Source of the DNA: Octopus vulgaris
Taxonomy: Eukaryota
Direction: 5' to 3'
NCBI GenBank assembly: GCA_951406725.2
Contig: OX597814.1
Location: forward strand, 152,830,001 to 152,894,000
DNA length: 64,000 nt
This document shows, piece by piece, positions 12,461 through 29,489 of the stretch. The position numbers were made by a program, and so were the translations under genes. Position 1 is the stretch's first letter. The number at the start of each line of letters is the position of its first letter. The notes below the pieces were generated by a model. The model did no database searches. It was not told the DNA's origin and saw nothing but the letters and a program-made list of their open reading frames with translations.

Positions 12461-13739
12461 TAGGTGTGTGTGTGTAAAGCGATTGTTTTCAGGATTCTTA
12501 GCCAGGGATCAAAACCTTGTTCTCAATTTTTCCGTAAGCTCCTTTCCATTTTTCCTTTTCTTGGCAGTCATACTTGGAATTTTATGAAAGTCAGCTGCCA
12601 TACTTTGACAAGTTTTATTGTTTCCTGAACATCATCATCGTTTAACGTCCGCTTTCCATGCTAGCATGGGTTGGACGATTTTGACTGAGGGCTGGCGAAC
12701 CAGATGGCTGCACCAGGCTCCAATCTTGATCTGGCAGAGTTTCTACAGCTGGATGCCCTTCCTAACGCCAACCACTCCGAGAGTGTGGTGGAGTGGAGTG
12801 AACATCTTAGGCTAAATTCAGTTCAACGGAGATAAACGCGTTCACATCCAGCTTTGGAACTTGTATAAATACAGAATCCTCAGCTTTCGAATATATATAA
12901 ATAAATACAGAACACAAAATCGAATTCTTTGCCTTTTACCCAGCACCTTACCAAAGGAGCATGCCTGCTCCGAATATTTTAGGATAGCATGTCTTTCTCT
13001 TTCTAGCGCTCCTATATTTTCCTTGTCTCTACATCTGGTACAAACGTTACCAAAATTGTGCAAGCCTTGTTGTTACTAGCATCTTCTGCTACTATAAAAT
13101 AGCAGACTGTTACAGCCTTTGTATACTGTTGCTAAGGATGAACTGATGGATAAATAAAGTCCGTAACAAATAACTTTTTCTCTATTGATTCATTTGGTGT
13201 CCCACAAAGTTTAAACAATCTGTTAATACTCATAACCACTGCATTCATTGCATCATCATTATATAGATGTTTCTCTCTCTCTGTCTGTCTCTGTCTCTCT
13301 CTCTCTCACACACACACAAAAGTATATATGTGCATACTGTGATGGACCAGCGTCCTATTCAGGATGGGATGTAATATATACACTACAGGATTCGGGAAAC
13401 CAGCTGTATGAGCCTATGCACTAATAGGGGCACTCTGACCCAGGCAGCACTTTTAAAGGGGCACCACTTTTGGGTCTGCTGTGTTTTTTGTATGGTCCGG
13501 TGGGTGGGGGGTGGCAAACGGAAGGGTCACTCCGGGCAACACACACTCTAGCTACGCTAGTGAGCCTATGACTTTGGTAGGACCTTTGATCTTTATTTTT
13601 TACATACATGTTCTAAATTCTGAAATATCCATGGACTTTAGAATGGAACACTGCAGGTATATTTAAGTACTGTATCTGTGGATGTACATAGAACACACAC
13701 ACATACACATACAGACATATAGGTATGTATATATATATG

Positions 13740-14080
13740 TTCTTTTTTGTTTCAGTCATTTGACTGCGGCCATGCTGGAGCACCGCTTTTAGTTGAACAA
13801 ATCGACTCCAGGACTTATTCTTTGTAAGTCCAGTCCAGTCCTTAATCTATTGGTCTCTTTTGCCAAACTTCTAAGATATGGTTGTCAAGTGACGGTGGGG
13901 AGACAAACGTTTACATATTATATATATACGACGGGCTTCTTTCAGTTTCCATCTCACAAGGTTTTGGTCGGCCTGAAGCTATAGTAGAAGACGCTTGCCC
14001 AAGGTGTCCCGCAGTGAGACTGAAACCAGGACCATGTGGTTGGTAAGCAAGCTATTTACCACACAATCACTCCTGCGCCT
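13740..14080 (-). mobile_element. SINE family 2 (tRNA-derived head, CCTTGGGCAAGTGTCTT core)
   Basis: Matches other copies at about 22873-23302, 25118-25530, 34815-35215, 48700-49085, 51970-52360, 56960-57382. Confidence 0.75.
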
Positions 14081-14096
14081 ATAACCCACTCCTGCA

Positions 14097-14234
<138 letters not shown>

Positions 14235-14906
14235 GGAGCATAACTCCAAACTTACAGGGAAAAATCCAATTTAGTATTAAATCAAATTTCACAATATAAA
14301 TATATAATTTATATAAATTATAGAAAAACCACTATTATGTATTTCAAACTTATCATATAATGTTTATTCATTATTATGTACTTTTTGTGATCTAGATATA
14401 TGTTTTGTAATATAGCGGGTTTATGATCTAAGTCTGAGAAACGTAAGCGATCGGTTTTGGAAAAGAAAAAAATGTTTAGAATTCTAACCTCTGTATATCT
14501 TAAACGAGGAGTCTCTCTCTCTCAAACGAAAAAAAGGGGATCATATGGTAGAGATGAAATCAAACATGCTTCATTTCAAAATTTCACAAAGCTCTTCTGT
14601 TTTATTTATTTATTTTTTATTTATCTGTCTATTTTTAAAATCGTAAACTTTATGGTTCAAAACATTGAGAACAGTTGAAGAAAAAGAAAAACCATAGCAA
14701 AAAAAAAATAATTGTGGTCTGTGTCTATATTGTCGAATAGTGTTAATATTTCTAATCCTTTTCAGCACTTTTCTATACATATGTACGTATACACGTGTAA
14801 ATAGAGCATAACCAAACTTCTGACATCGATCTTATTTATTATAGATTACATAAAACACCCACCTATCAAAATATAATTTAAAGCTGAACTGAGTAGCTAA
14901 ATCTAA

Positions 14907-15233
<327 letters not shown>

Positions 15234-16512
15234 GAGAGAAGTTTTCACAATTTAAAAAAGGGTCGATAAAATAAGTACCAGTTGAGCACTGGAGTCTATG
15301 TAATGAACTTACCCCTCCCACGAAATTGCAGGACTGGTACCAAAATTTGAAATCATCATTATTTGTTATTACGGTACATAGGTCGGCATACTTACAGAAG
15401 TGTGCCCAGCCACCTCAACTTTCTTTCCTCATAACTTTTAAGGAAAATGGATATTCTTTTGTGAAACTTTCTCCACAAACGTTTCAGATGGTGTACTTTC
15501 CAATTATATCGAATTTGTCGTGAAAACAAATTTCTGTTATGTGGGGAAAAGGTGTTTCGGAAAATCACACGAGTCGGCTCTATTTTCTCATAACTCGCCA
15601 AAACTTCAGTACTTTCCATGAAATCTACTTCAAATACTTTTCAGATTATGTAAATTACAATTTTAGCTGAATGTAATCTAAAAAAAGAAAAAAAAAAGTG
15701 AGTGAGCACATGTATACTAAGTCATATTTTCTTTTCAAAATTTCAAGTGTTGTTTTGTAGATTTATATGCAGGGACGGACTGAGCCGTCGGTCAATTTGA
15801 CATTGCCCGAGGGCCCGGAGCTCTGAGGGGCACTCTACATGTTAACTCTCTTTGATATTAATGCTAACAGTTATACCCGAGTGCCCTTAATATTCTCAGT
15901 CTTTAATATTCTCATATATTTGTTTATATGTGATGCATTTCAGTATGTATGTGTGTGACCACCACTTGTTTCCCCCACATTAAATTCCTATATTATTGTA
16001 ATCTTAACCATTTATTACGTATAAACACATAATGTTTTAGGAGGAAATTTTTAATCTTCTTTCTCACAAATTTTTTAATTATGCCGTTCTATATAAATAC
16101 TAGTATACCCATGTCGTCAAAAACCGACAGTTTTATTAATCATAGAATATGATGCATCAACACAATGAGAAAAACCAGTATATATATGTACATATATTTA
16201 CTAGTAAATATATGTATATACACACGATTGAAGTGACAACAGCAAGGACTTTGTCTTTTTACCCTATTAGAGGATTTGAGTAAAATTATACAAATGTGTC
16301 CGACTGATTAAAAAAAAAAAATTCTATTTATATATGCAGCTGAGGATAGCCCTGCATTTAAATTGATGTAATGATTGCATTGCTCAATTAAAGGGAGCCG
16401 CTTGAAACGGTCGTACTGCATTACCTCTGGATATCTTGTTACTTATTTTGAAGTTGTATGGATAATACCGCGCTAATTTTTCGTGTTTCAACTTATGTTC
16501 CTAAGTTATCTG

Positions 16513-16593
<81 letters not shown>

Positions 16594-16707
16594 GCATGGA
16601 CACAAGTAAGCACATAAATACAAAACACAAGGTGGAAAAAATAGTACTCTAATACCAAAGGTAGAGTAATATGCTTTTCTTAAAGCTGCAAATTTTCAAC
16701 GTTACTA

Positions 16708-17789
16708 TTCGTTACCAAACCGCCTGAAACCTCCCGAAAAAAATTTTGGTTAATGTGACCAAACCGCCCAAAGCCGTCTGAATTTACCTATTCATATTTA
16801 AATGAGAATATCAGAGCAAATCTCTTTAGTACATTCATGAAAATACGTATTATACTTCATAAAGAGTTCAACTACAGTTTTGTACAATAATCGAAGTGTA
16901 GTTTTAATTCCGTGAATTTTGGGAGATTTTTTTCTGAAATTTGTTCCTATTGTGTTTTCAAAATTTGTAATTCTGACAAAAAATGGATACAAATTTCATT
17001 ATATCAAGCAGCGAGTCAGAATTTGAAGGATTTTCTACTGAAGACCTTCATAAATCTAACTCTATGACTGAAAAAAAAAAAGCATGTGGTATTTGATGAT
17101 GAATCTGATGTTTCATTTTCCGAAAGTGAAAACAGTGAATCCAAGAGCTCCGACAGCGATAAAGAAAATGAATTGGCATCTGAATGGAGTGAAAATTTAA
17201 AAACTGTTTCTTTCGGTGATTTTTCTGAAGAAACTGGACCAAGCCACAGACTTTCCCAGGAGAGTAAAGCCTTAGACTATTTCTTTTTACTTTTTCGAAT
17301 GAGCCTATTTGAAATCATTATGATGGAAACGAACCATTACACTAAATGTAAACAAAACGAAAGAAAGGATAGTTAGTGGTTTCCCATAACCTTAAATGAA
17401 ATTAAGACTATTTTGCCATAAATATTATTATGGGTATCAGAAAGTTACCCAGAATAACAAATTCTATCGTAAAATTTTGTTGTATACCCAATTGAATATT
17501 AGCTAATAACCCATTTTCTATAGCGATGTTTGAACAAAATTTTAATAATTTTATATTTTGTTGAATTTACCTGTATCTACCTGCAATTAGAGTCACTTTG
17601 TGACAAAAATTATATTATAGAATTGGTTGAGAACATTTCATTAAATTATCTTCCAAAATTCACGTTAATATATTGATAAATAAAAAAGTTATAGTTGTTT
17701 AATGAAACCAGACTAAATTTATGATTATGTTAGAAATTAATTGAAACACATATTTTGGTATTTTGGTCAGAAATATAGTAACGAAAGGG
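16708..17789 (+). mobile_element. Internally deleted piggyBac element
   Basis: Right end ...GTAACGAAAGGG|TTAA; partial left TIR TTCGTTAC; ORF 17086..17376 with acidic N-terminus then LDYFFLLF..LFEIIMMETNHY and downstream WFPITLNEIK...IMGIRKLP. Confidence 0.75.
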
Positions 17790-18147
17790 TTAAAATAAAA
17801 GTATTCAGAACACAGAATAACATATAACAAAAACAATTTGCAAACATATTTACATTCCCATATAACAGTTAAAAACATCACCATTATTCTATTAAACATG
17901 CACAGAAGTGCTTGTTCGACTAGGTGCTGCTGGCTTAATTACACACAACTCAAGTTAGAGGAGTACGTATTATGCACAAGGTTTACGTTTTTCAGAGGTA
18001 CAGCCCCCTGAAGATCCCCTGTGTATTATACTCAAGGGCGGACTATACTCGAGGATTTACAGTATGTGTTGTTCAGTGTTTGAATCTATCATTTATGTAT
18101 TTCAGTTTTTTATTATTCTAATGTCTGACTTCTGTTTATATTTACAG

Positions 18148-18281
18148 GCTGCAAAGTAATAATAGCTTCACGGAAAAGAGATCGCCTTGAAGCGCAAGTT
18201 CAGAGACTCCAGCAAAATTTGCTACCAACAAATTCTGATCATATCAGTTCAATTGTGTGTAACATACGGAAAGAAGAAGAG
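18148..18281 (+). CDS. PECR: PECR exon 2 (gCKVIIASRKRDRLE...VCNIRKEEE)
   Basis: tttacAG acceptor, GAG|GTGGGA donor, 134 nt, in frame; IASRK and CNIRKEEE motifs typical of PECR. Confidence 0.92.
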
Positions 18282-18357
18282 GTGGGAAGTCGCTGACTTA
18301 TGTTTATTACTTTTAAGTTCTAATTCTTGATTGTTTCTTTTAAGTTCTTGTTCTTAA

Positions 18358-19099
<742 letters not shown>

Positions 19100-19117
19100 T
19101 GAAGTTTCTGCAGTTAA

Positions 19118-19517
19118 TCTTCTTCTTTATATATAAAAGTCAAGTTGTGTGTCTGTCTCCTACGATTTAGATTCCTAACTACTCCCACATTTTGCGGTGC
19201 AGTTTAACCAAAACCGGGTATCTTATAGTCGTGATTCATATCGAGCCCTTCTGGGTATTAGCGCGCCTCTACGATGAGTCTACGATTTAAAAAAAAATTT
19301 ACCATCAATTTTTCCCATTTTTAATCCATTTTTGGCATATATAAGGGAAGTAACTCTCTAAAAATTTATTAAATCTCCGAACGTAAAAAGCTACAGTAAC
19401 ACCCCCCCCCCCTTTGTGGTTAGCCATATTGAGATGGCTATTATACTTTACATCGCTAAAAATGCTTAAATAGTTATTTCCCTTACAAACCCGAGCAACG
19501 CCGGACGATACTGCTAG
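19118..19517 (+). mobile_element. Non-autonomous Helitron, subfamily B
   Basis: A|TC start, CCCGAGCAACGCCGG hairpin, CTAG|T end; 35 bp after the exon 3 donor. Confidence 0.85.
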
Positions 19518-20155
19518 TAATTGATAAAGCTATTTGGTTATTATTGTTGTTTGTTAGTTCCAGATCAACTCTGATTGAGAAAATCTATGATCAAAGGTGT
19601 TAAATCCATGGCAATCTTGTCTTTTTATTAGTCAGTGTGCGTCAAGAATCACATTATCCAGTATGTTGTTGTTCTTTTTAAAACAACTGGATAGGCGTAG
19701 GTATGGCTGTGTAGTTTTGAAACTGCATAATTTGGGGTTCAATCCCTCGTAGAAGACATTTTGAGCAAATGTCTTCTACTAGGTTGACCAGTGCCCTTTG
19801 AATAAATTTGGTAGACGGAAACTGTGTGAAACTTCTTGTGTGTACATGTGTGTGTGTTTCCTGCCATCGCTTGAGAGCTAGTGTTTGTTTATGTCCCTAT
19901 AACTTAATGATCCAGCAAAAAAGACTGATAGAATATGTTCCAGACTTTAAAAAAAAAGTTCTAGTGTTGGTCTATGTCAGTCCAGTTTTAGCTGACTACA
20001 ATCAAAACATTCTAACTGTGATCATCCCATGTTTTTTTTTTCAGTCATCATGTATCCTGGACTCTATTGTCCAAGGTTTCCTTTTCCAAGATTGCACAGT
20101 TTGATTTCTGAGGAACTTAGCTGCTGTTTCTAGCAATTTGAGTGGCCCTGTAGAT

Positions 20156-20285
20156 CAGTGTTACTCAATCTTTTTACCCTTATGTAACCCTTAAAATAAA
20201 TTACATGTCTGAAGGAACTCCTGCATGAAAAAAATTATATATCATATCTATCTTGTATTTTTTCATCATAGTTCACACGGTAAAT

Positions 20286-20340
<55 letters not shown>

Positions 20341-20992
20341 ATATTCCCGTGTCAGGCCGAAGAACGAAATGTTTCCAAGATAAGAGTCTTTCTAATCTAA
20401 TGTTGTGGTTGAGCTGTTTTGTTTGTTTATTAGTTATTATTATTATTACTATTATTAGTACTAGTATTGTCCCTTTGATCCCCTGGTCGACAGTTTGCTT
20501 ATTATTATTATAATTATTATTATTACTATTTTCAGCTTCGCCTCGTATTGCATATTATTTCTCCATACAGGGTTTTTTTGTTTTTTTCAATGGCGCCCTA
20601 TTTTCGCGGGGTTCTACTGTTCTCTATCTATCTCTCTCTCCCTTTCTCACGTTGTCTGCCATTCCCCCCCTTCCATTGCTAAGAGCATTTCTAAGCCAGC
20701 CCGTCAGTTCAAACTTCGTCCCCCTTCCATTGCTAAGAGCATTTCTAAGCCAGCCCGTCAGTTCAACCTTCGTATATTCCCGTATATATATATGGTGGTT
20801 ATATTATTTTTATAACATAAAGGTTAGATAGGATGATGTCGATATTACAATATTACAATAGCCAATATGTTGTGCATGTATAGTATTACAGTCATGAAAT
20901 TAGCATTAGCTTATCTCACCCTTTCTCACGAAACCCCTCGGAACCTTTTGCGGAACCCTAGGATTCTGGGGAATCCCAGTTGAGAAACGCTG
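20156..20992. mobile_element. hAT (Charlie-like) non-autonomous element with nested insertion
   Basis: TIRs CAGTGTTACTCAA / TTGAGAAACGCTG; perfect 8-bp TSD CTGTAGAT (20148-20155, 20993-21000). Confidence 0.85.
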
Positions 20993-21394
20993 CTGTAGAT
21001 GCTCCTTCATAAGATCATTTGATTGTGACATTTTAAGGATTTCATTGATGTCATTGTTTTAAAATTCACTTTTCCAAACTTCCTATCAGCTACCCTCACC
21101 TGTTTCAAAGTAAGGTAATATTTCCCATAACCAGACATATCTCTGCAAGATATTGGAAAGGAACGACGCTTCTTAGATGACAATGATACTCATTTATAAC
21201 TATCATGCATTGTCAAGGCAAGCACACATGCACACACACAAACACACACACACACATGCCCACACATATTTGCATGCACACACATACATTTGCACACACA
21301 CACACACATGCCCATGTGCATGTGCGCGCACACACACACATATATTTGCACACACACACACATTCCCATGTGCATGTGTGCGCACACACACACA

Positions 21395-21600
21395 CATCAT
21401 CATCATCATTGTTCGACCATGGTCAAGACAAGGAATTTACTATGCTATGCCAGACTTCACAGTCCATCATAGCATTACGGAGGTCCTGTTGTTGGATGCC
21501 TGTATCCCTGGAGATTACATCAGAGTAGGAGAGTGTGCGCCCTCTGGTATCACGAGTTGATGGCTTCCAGAGGAGAAGAGTAGAAATTGCCTTGTTTTCA
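21395..21600 (-). mobile_element. RTE-type LINE 3' fragment
   Basis: ORF 21423..21641 LLLWKP..RGRTLSY.DVI.RDTG; (GAT)n tail. Confidence 0.6.
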
Positions 21601-22179
21601 GCTCTACAACACACACACAACAAGCTTCTTTCAGATTCCATCTACCAAATCCACTCCCAAACCTTTAATCAGACCAATGCTATTGTGTGGCGGCATTTGG
21701 CTTAGTATTTAGGGAGTTATACTCATGATCTGTAAAAAATTCCCCTTGTGGGTATGGGGCTTCCATTGTTATATTACTACTAAATCACACACCTCAACTA
21801 ATAGCTGAAATAGTTCAAATCTATCATGCTGCATCCCATGATTTCAATGTGCTCTGCCTTGTGTGTTTACATTCTATTTATGATACACAGGTGGCTGTCA
21901 TAATTATTTTATAGTTATGATAGCCATAACTAATATTTATAGCTGTCATAACTATTATGTTTTTTATTTGCCTAGATCCCTGTATAACCCACCATCTGTG
22001 AATCCTCTCTCGTTTGTCTTATCTTATTTACTGCCTTTCACGCATTCACACACTTAGATACACTTATTTCCATATAATGTTGCCTTCATTCTCTCTTTAA
22101 GCTAATTTCTCCTGCCAGCTTTTTAATTGTGTAGTCCCCTTTTTATTTAATTATTATTTCTTTTCTAATCACATATCCT

Positions 22180-22647
22180 TTCTATTTCTTTACTATCCAC
22201 AAGGGGCTAAACACAGAGGGGACAAACAAGGACAGACAAATGGAGTAAGTCGATTACATCGACCCCAGTGCGTAACTGGTACTTAATTTATCAACCCCGA
22301 AAGGATGAAAGGCAAAGTCAACCTCGGCGGAATTTGAACTCAGAACGTAATGGCAGACAAAATACCGCTAAGCATTTCGCCTGGTATGCTATCGCTTCTG
22401 CCAGCTCACCGCCTTTTTTCTTTTCTTTTTTTTTTTTTTTTATCACAGAGAGGATAGACAAGGATAGACAAACGGATTAAGTCGATTACATCGACCCCAG
22501 TGCGTAAATGATACTTAATTTATTGACCCCGAAAGGATGAAAGGCAAAGTTGACCTCGGCGGAATTTGAACTCAGAACGTAATGGCAGACGAAATACGGC
22601 TATGCATTTCACCCGGCATGTTAACGTTTCTGCTAGCTCACTGCCTT
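22180..22647 (-). mobile_element. Two tandem copies of SINE family 1 (GGCGAGCTGGCAGAA head)
   Basis: Pol III A/B boxes (TGGCAGAA, GTTCAAATTCC) and GCCTTTCATCCTTTCGGGGTCGATAAATTAAGTACCAG core on the minus strand. Confidence 0.8.
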
Positions 22648-23802
22648 ATCTGCCACCAACTTCGTTCCTATAATTACTCCATCACTTCTTTTACTGTGCT
22701 ACCATAATCACTACAGTTCACCACTTACCACTCTCTTATTCCAGGGTGGAGGGTGGGGCATTGCCAGTTGAAGATGTGAGGTAAAGTAACTTTTACTTCC
22801 TATCTTACATGCAATCACTTGGTTATGTTGCAAAATAAAAAGATTGTCATTTATTAATTTAATATTTCACATGAGGCACCGGTGTAGGAGTGTGGTTTTT
22901 GGTACAGCCTTGTTGTATGACAACTTGGGCAAGTGTCTTCTACCATAGTTCTGGGCCACCTAAAAGCTTGTAAGTGGATTTGACAGCTGGAAATTGAAAG
23001 AGAATCATTGTATATATGAGAGCACTTATATGTGTGTGTGCGTGCGTGTGTGTGCATATGTGTGTGCGTGTGTGTGTGTGTGTGCGTGTGTGCATGTGTG
23101 TGTGTGTGTGTGTGTGTCCAACATCACTTGACAACAATGCTGGTGTGGTTACGTTCCTGCAACTTAGCAGTTTGGTAAAAGAAACCGATAGAATAAGTAC
23201 TAGGCTTACAAAGAATAAGTCCTGGGATCAATTTTCTGAACTAAAAGCGGTGCTCCAGCATGGCCACAGTCAAATGACTGAAACAGGTAAAAGAATAAAA
23301 GAATATATGCTGTGCTTGAGGAGACCTATTGAGTCAAGTACATCAACATCGAAATAAATATCAAATGGAAATGGTAGTTGTGATACCTGTGCCGGTGGCA
23401 CGTAAAAAGCACCATCCGAACGTGGCCGATGCCAGCACCGCCTTGCCTGGCTTCTGTGTCAGTGACACGTAAAAAGCACCAACCGATCATGGCCGCTGCC
23501 AGCCTCCCCTGGCACCTATGCCGGTGGCACATAAAAAGCACCCACTACACCCACGGAGTGGTTGGCTTTAGGAAGGGCATCCATCTGTAGAAACACTGCC
23601 AGATCAGACTGGAGCCTGGTGCAGCCTCCCGGCTTTCCAGACCCTGGTCGAACCGTCCAACCCGTGCTAGCACGGGAAACAGACGTTTAACGATGATGAT
23701 GATGATGATGATATATATATATATATATACACATATGGATATATTGGTGCAAATAGGTAAAATAGAATTCAAAATATGAGTGTATGTATATTTTTTATCA
23801 AT

Positions 23803-24678
23803 ATTTAGCAGAAGCAACAGAGTGAGTCAAGGTCTGAGAGTTTCATGCATTGGCACTTATCAAACTAGTTACAGTTGAAGGTCTATGTGTTTATATAGCT
23901 GTTGATGAATAAATAAATATATTCCCCTGCAGAATGTTCTAGAATGAATTATAATAATGTCACATGGATAATTAAAAAAATTAAAAAATTTGCCCATTAT
24001 GTTGTTCAATAAGCAAATACAGAAATAAATAAGAAAGAAACAAAGAGAGAAAAAGAAAAACAAAAAGAGAATATTGTGTGTGACATCAGATACGCATACA
24101 CATATTCACATATACACACACACATGCACAGATACACTTGTTTCTTTCTTTCTACTTTGTCTATGTATCATAAAAAGCACCATTTAAGCATGGTTCCTGT
24201 GTAGGTGGCACATAAAAAGCATCATTTGAGCGTGGTTGTTGCCAGTACCACCTGACTGGCCCTCGTGCCGGTTTGTACGTAAAAGCACCCACTGCACTCT
24301 CAGAGTGGTTGGCGTTAGGAAGGGCATCCAGCTGTAGAAACTCTGCCAGATCAGATTGGGGCCTGGTGCAGCCATCTGGTTCGCCAGACCTCAGTCAAAT
24401 CGTCCAACCCATGCTAGCATGGAAAGTGGATGTTAAACAATGATGATGATGATGGTGGTGATGATTTGCTTATTGAATGACAATTGGCAAAATTTTAAAT
24501 TTTTTGAATTATCTACATGACATTATTATAATTCATTCTAGAACATTCTATAGGGAAATTATATTTATTCATTTATCAACAGCTATATAAACATGCAGAT
24601 CTTCAACTGTAACTAATTTGGTAAGTGCCAACACATGAAACTCTTGGACCTTGAGTCACGCTGATGCTTCTGCTAAAT
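23803..24678. repeat. About 215-bp inverted repeat pair (23803-24018 / 24464-24678)
   Basis: Arms are reverse complements, e.g. TAGAATGAATTATAATAATGTCA vs TGACATTATTATAATTCATTCTA. Confidence 0.9.
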
Positions 24679-25117
24679 GTTCTTTTCTACACTAGGTACA
24701 AGGCCCAAAATTTTTGGTGAGGGGGCCAGTCGATTAGATCAACCCCAGTATGCAACTGGTACTTAATTTATCGACCCCCAAAAAGATGAAAGGCAAAGTT
24801 GACCTTGGCGGAATATGAACTCAGAACGTAAAGACAAATGAAACACCGCTAAGCTTTTTGCCTGGTGTGCTAACATTTCTGCCAGCTTGCTGCCTTGCTT
24901 CTGCTAAATCATCTTCATTGTTTAATGTCTGCTTACCATGCTAGCATGGGTTGGGTGATTTGACTGTGGTCTGGCAAACCAGATCACTGCACCAGACTCC
25001 AACCTGATCTGGCAGAGTTTCTACAGCTGGATGCCCTTCCTAACGCAAATATTAATAAAAAATATATATATTTATAATATATATATATATATATATTAAT
25101 AAAAAAATATATATATA

Positions 25118-25530
25118 GGCACAGGAGTGGCTGTGTGGTAAGTAGCTTGCTAACCAACCACATGGTTCCGGGTTCAGTCCCATTGCATGGCATCTTGGGC
25201 AAGTGTCTTTTGCTATAGCCCCGGGCCGACCAATGCCTTGTGAGTGGATTTGGTAGACGGAAACTGAAAGAAGCCTGTCGTATATATGTATATATATATG
25301 TGTGTGTGTGTTTGTGTGTCTGTGTTTGTCCTCCTTGCATTGCTTGACAACCGATGCTGGTGTGTTTACGTCCCCGTCACTTAGCGGTTTGGCAAAAGAG
25401 ACCGATAGAATAAGTACTGGGTTTACAAAGAATAAGTCCCGGGGTCGATTTGCTCGACTAAAGGCGGTGCTCCAGCATGGCCGCAGTCAAATGACTGAAA
25501 CAAGTAAAAGAGTAAAGAGAGTAAAGAGTA
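25118..25530 (+). mobile_element. SINE family 2, full-length copy
   Basis: GGCACAGGAGTGGCTGTGTGGTAAG head, GGTTCAGTCCC B-box-like motif, internal (TG)n, GTAAAAGA tail. Confidence 0.8.
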
Positions 25531-27498
25531 TATATAAATATTAATAAAAAATATATATATAGTTCAAATTTACAGAAAACAAAACATGAAGAGGAAGCAA
25601 CAAGCTGGTGTATTAGTTTGATGCTAGGAAAGAAGAGAGAGAGAGAGAGGTATAGCTATTTGAGTATGTGAGTGTGTCTCCCAGTCTTCATATTACGTGA
25701 TGGTTGCAAATGAGTGTCAATGTCATACATTGTGGTGTCATACATTTCCAATATTCTGTGGAAACTTATTTAGCCATGGGGAAATATTTACCTTGGAAAT
25801 ACGTGAGGGTTGGTGACAAGAAGAACATTTGGCCATAGAAAATCTGCTTCAATAAACTCCATCTAACCCATGCAAGCATGGAAATCTGGACATTGAAATA
25901 ACAGTAGTGGTGGTGGTCCTTTTTAGCTAATGTCACACAAAATAAAGGGCAAAAACTCCTTTTGGTCATGAATGACCATAGGATTGCACCTAGAAAGTTC
26001 CCTCCGGGCAAGGTTGTTTATGGAAGACCAGCAGTCGCCTATGCATCCTGGCCTCCCCTCTCCATTACCACTGATGTTATCCAAGGCAAAGGCAAAGGCT
26101 AATATAACTTGGCTCTAGTGACATCATAACTCATTTCTACAGCTGAGTGAACTGGAGCAACATGAAATAAAGTGTCTCGCTCAAGAACAAAATCACACAA
26201 AATACAGCCTTTGTACTTCCTAGTATACACTATCAGCCATGTGAAGATCATGTACTTATTTCATAGCATCCACTTAAATTTACTGTTTTCTGTATTACAG
26301 GTGCATGGTTATATCACATCTCTCTCCATCTTTTTAAAACATTATTTGCATAGAAAATTTCTAGAGAAATTTATATTATTTTATTTAACATTACCTCACT
26401 AGCATTTACCATTATATTATTTTTTTATGAGTGACTATTACTAATTTCATTTGTACAACATATCTGAGAGATAATAGGTGGCTCCAGTTATCTCCCCTAC
26501 AATGCTTGCTTGTGTGCGTGCTTGTCTGTAATTTGATACAGCCAAACCGGTGCATAATGGGAAAATATTCTGAAAGTAAGGTACCCCTGAAATGTGAATA
26601 CAAATGGAATAAAACAAGTTTTGTGTTATAGGCAGTTTTTTGTGGGTGCCTTCATAAATAGCCAAAACAGCGCATAAGGGGAAAATACTCTGAAAGTAAC
26701 GTAATTCTAAAATGGGAATATATAATATTGTGCAAATTGTTTCCATTAATTTTTATGTTTATATTATATAACAATTCCTTTTGCATTTTTGTAGAAGTGT
26801 GCACATATGCCATAAATAAATGCTGTTACTGGAGTTCAAGTTTATCCCCAGAAATTCTATGTCTATTACATGCTGTAAATAATCAATAAAACCTTTTACA
26901 TGAGCTTGTAAACCAGACCTATGATGACATGAATGAACTGAAATATTTAACTGAATCATCATAAAATTAACTTTCATTTCAATGCAATGCTGAAACCAGC
27001 TTCAATATTTTATAACCTGAACTGTCAGCGACCTATTGGGTCATGGGTAGTCTAGTCGATCATTATTTTCAAGTAGAATTCAGTTCTTTATATCCTGGTG
27101 TGTAATTCTAGGATTGCCTTAGGTCATTTATCAACAACTTTGCATACATTTAAATATTTGCTGACTCTTCTCCCTACAATTTTATCTTCTATCTTTGACT
27201 TGTTTCAGTCATGGGAGTGTGGTCATACTGGGGCTTTCATTGAAGGATTTAATTGAACAGATTGACCACTAGTATTTATTTTTGAGTCTGGTACATATTC
27301 TATTGGTCCCGTTTGCCAATCTTCTAAGTTACAGGGACATAAATTAAACAAACCAACACCAGTTGTCAAGCTGTGTAGGGGACAAACACAAAGACACACA
27401 CCCTTTCTCCATAAATATAAATAAGTGTGTGTGTGTGAGAGAGAGAGTGTATCTGTGTGTCTGTGTAGGAATATATAATAGCGATTATTTATACCTTG

Positions 27499-29062
<1,564 letters not shown>

Positions 29063-29489
29063 AAAACAGGCTTCCACACAGTTTCCATCTACCAAATTCA
29101 CAAAGCTTTGGTCAACCTAGGGCTATAGTTGAAGACACTCGTGCAAGGTGTCATGCAGTGTGATTGAACTGAAAATCATGTGGTTGCAAAATGAGCTTCT
29201 TAACTGCATAGCCATGCCAAATAACATTTTTTTAAAACAAGAATACAATGTGGAAGTGATCACATGACCCAGTCTATTGAACAGATATATTTGGGAAAGC
29301 AGCAATTATCTGAGTGGTTATTTTGTATAGTTCTTTTATGTTGGTCAAGTGTGCTCTGTTTGGTCTTGTGGTATGATGTCAGTATAGTTTTACAAATTAA
29401 TCATATCTATGAATGAATGAGAAAAGGATGTATTATGACTCTGTATCAGATTTAGAACAGTGCTTTGTGAGTGTGTGTGGAAGTCTTCT

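Noticed and set aside
14820-14850. Idea that a Helitron captured or mobilised exon 1 (TATAGA|T at the same position before both copies)
   Set aside because: Homology between the copies continues across the reconstructed empty site at 787/1294, so the Helitron inserted later and the match at copy B looks coincidental.
23385-23545. Spaced GGCAC(G/A)TAAAAAGCACC repeats resembling a CRISPR array
   Set aside because: Eukaryotic context, spacers related to each other, part of the RTE 3' UTR family, no cas genes.
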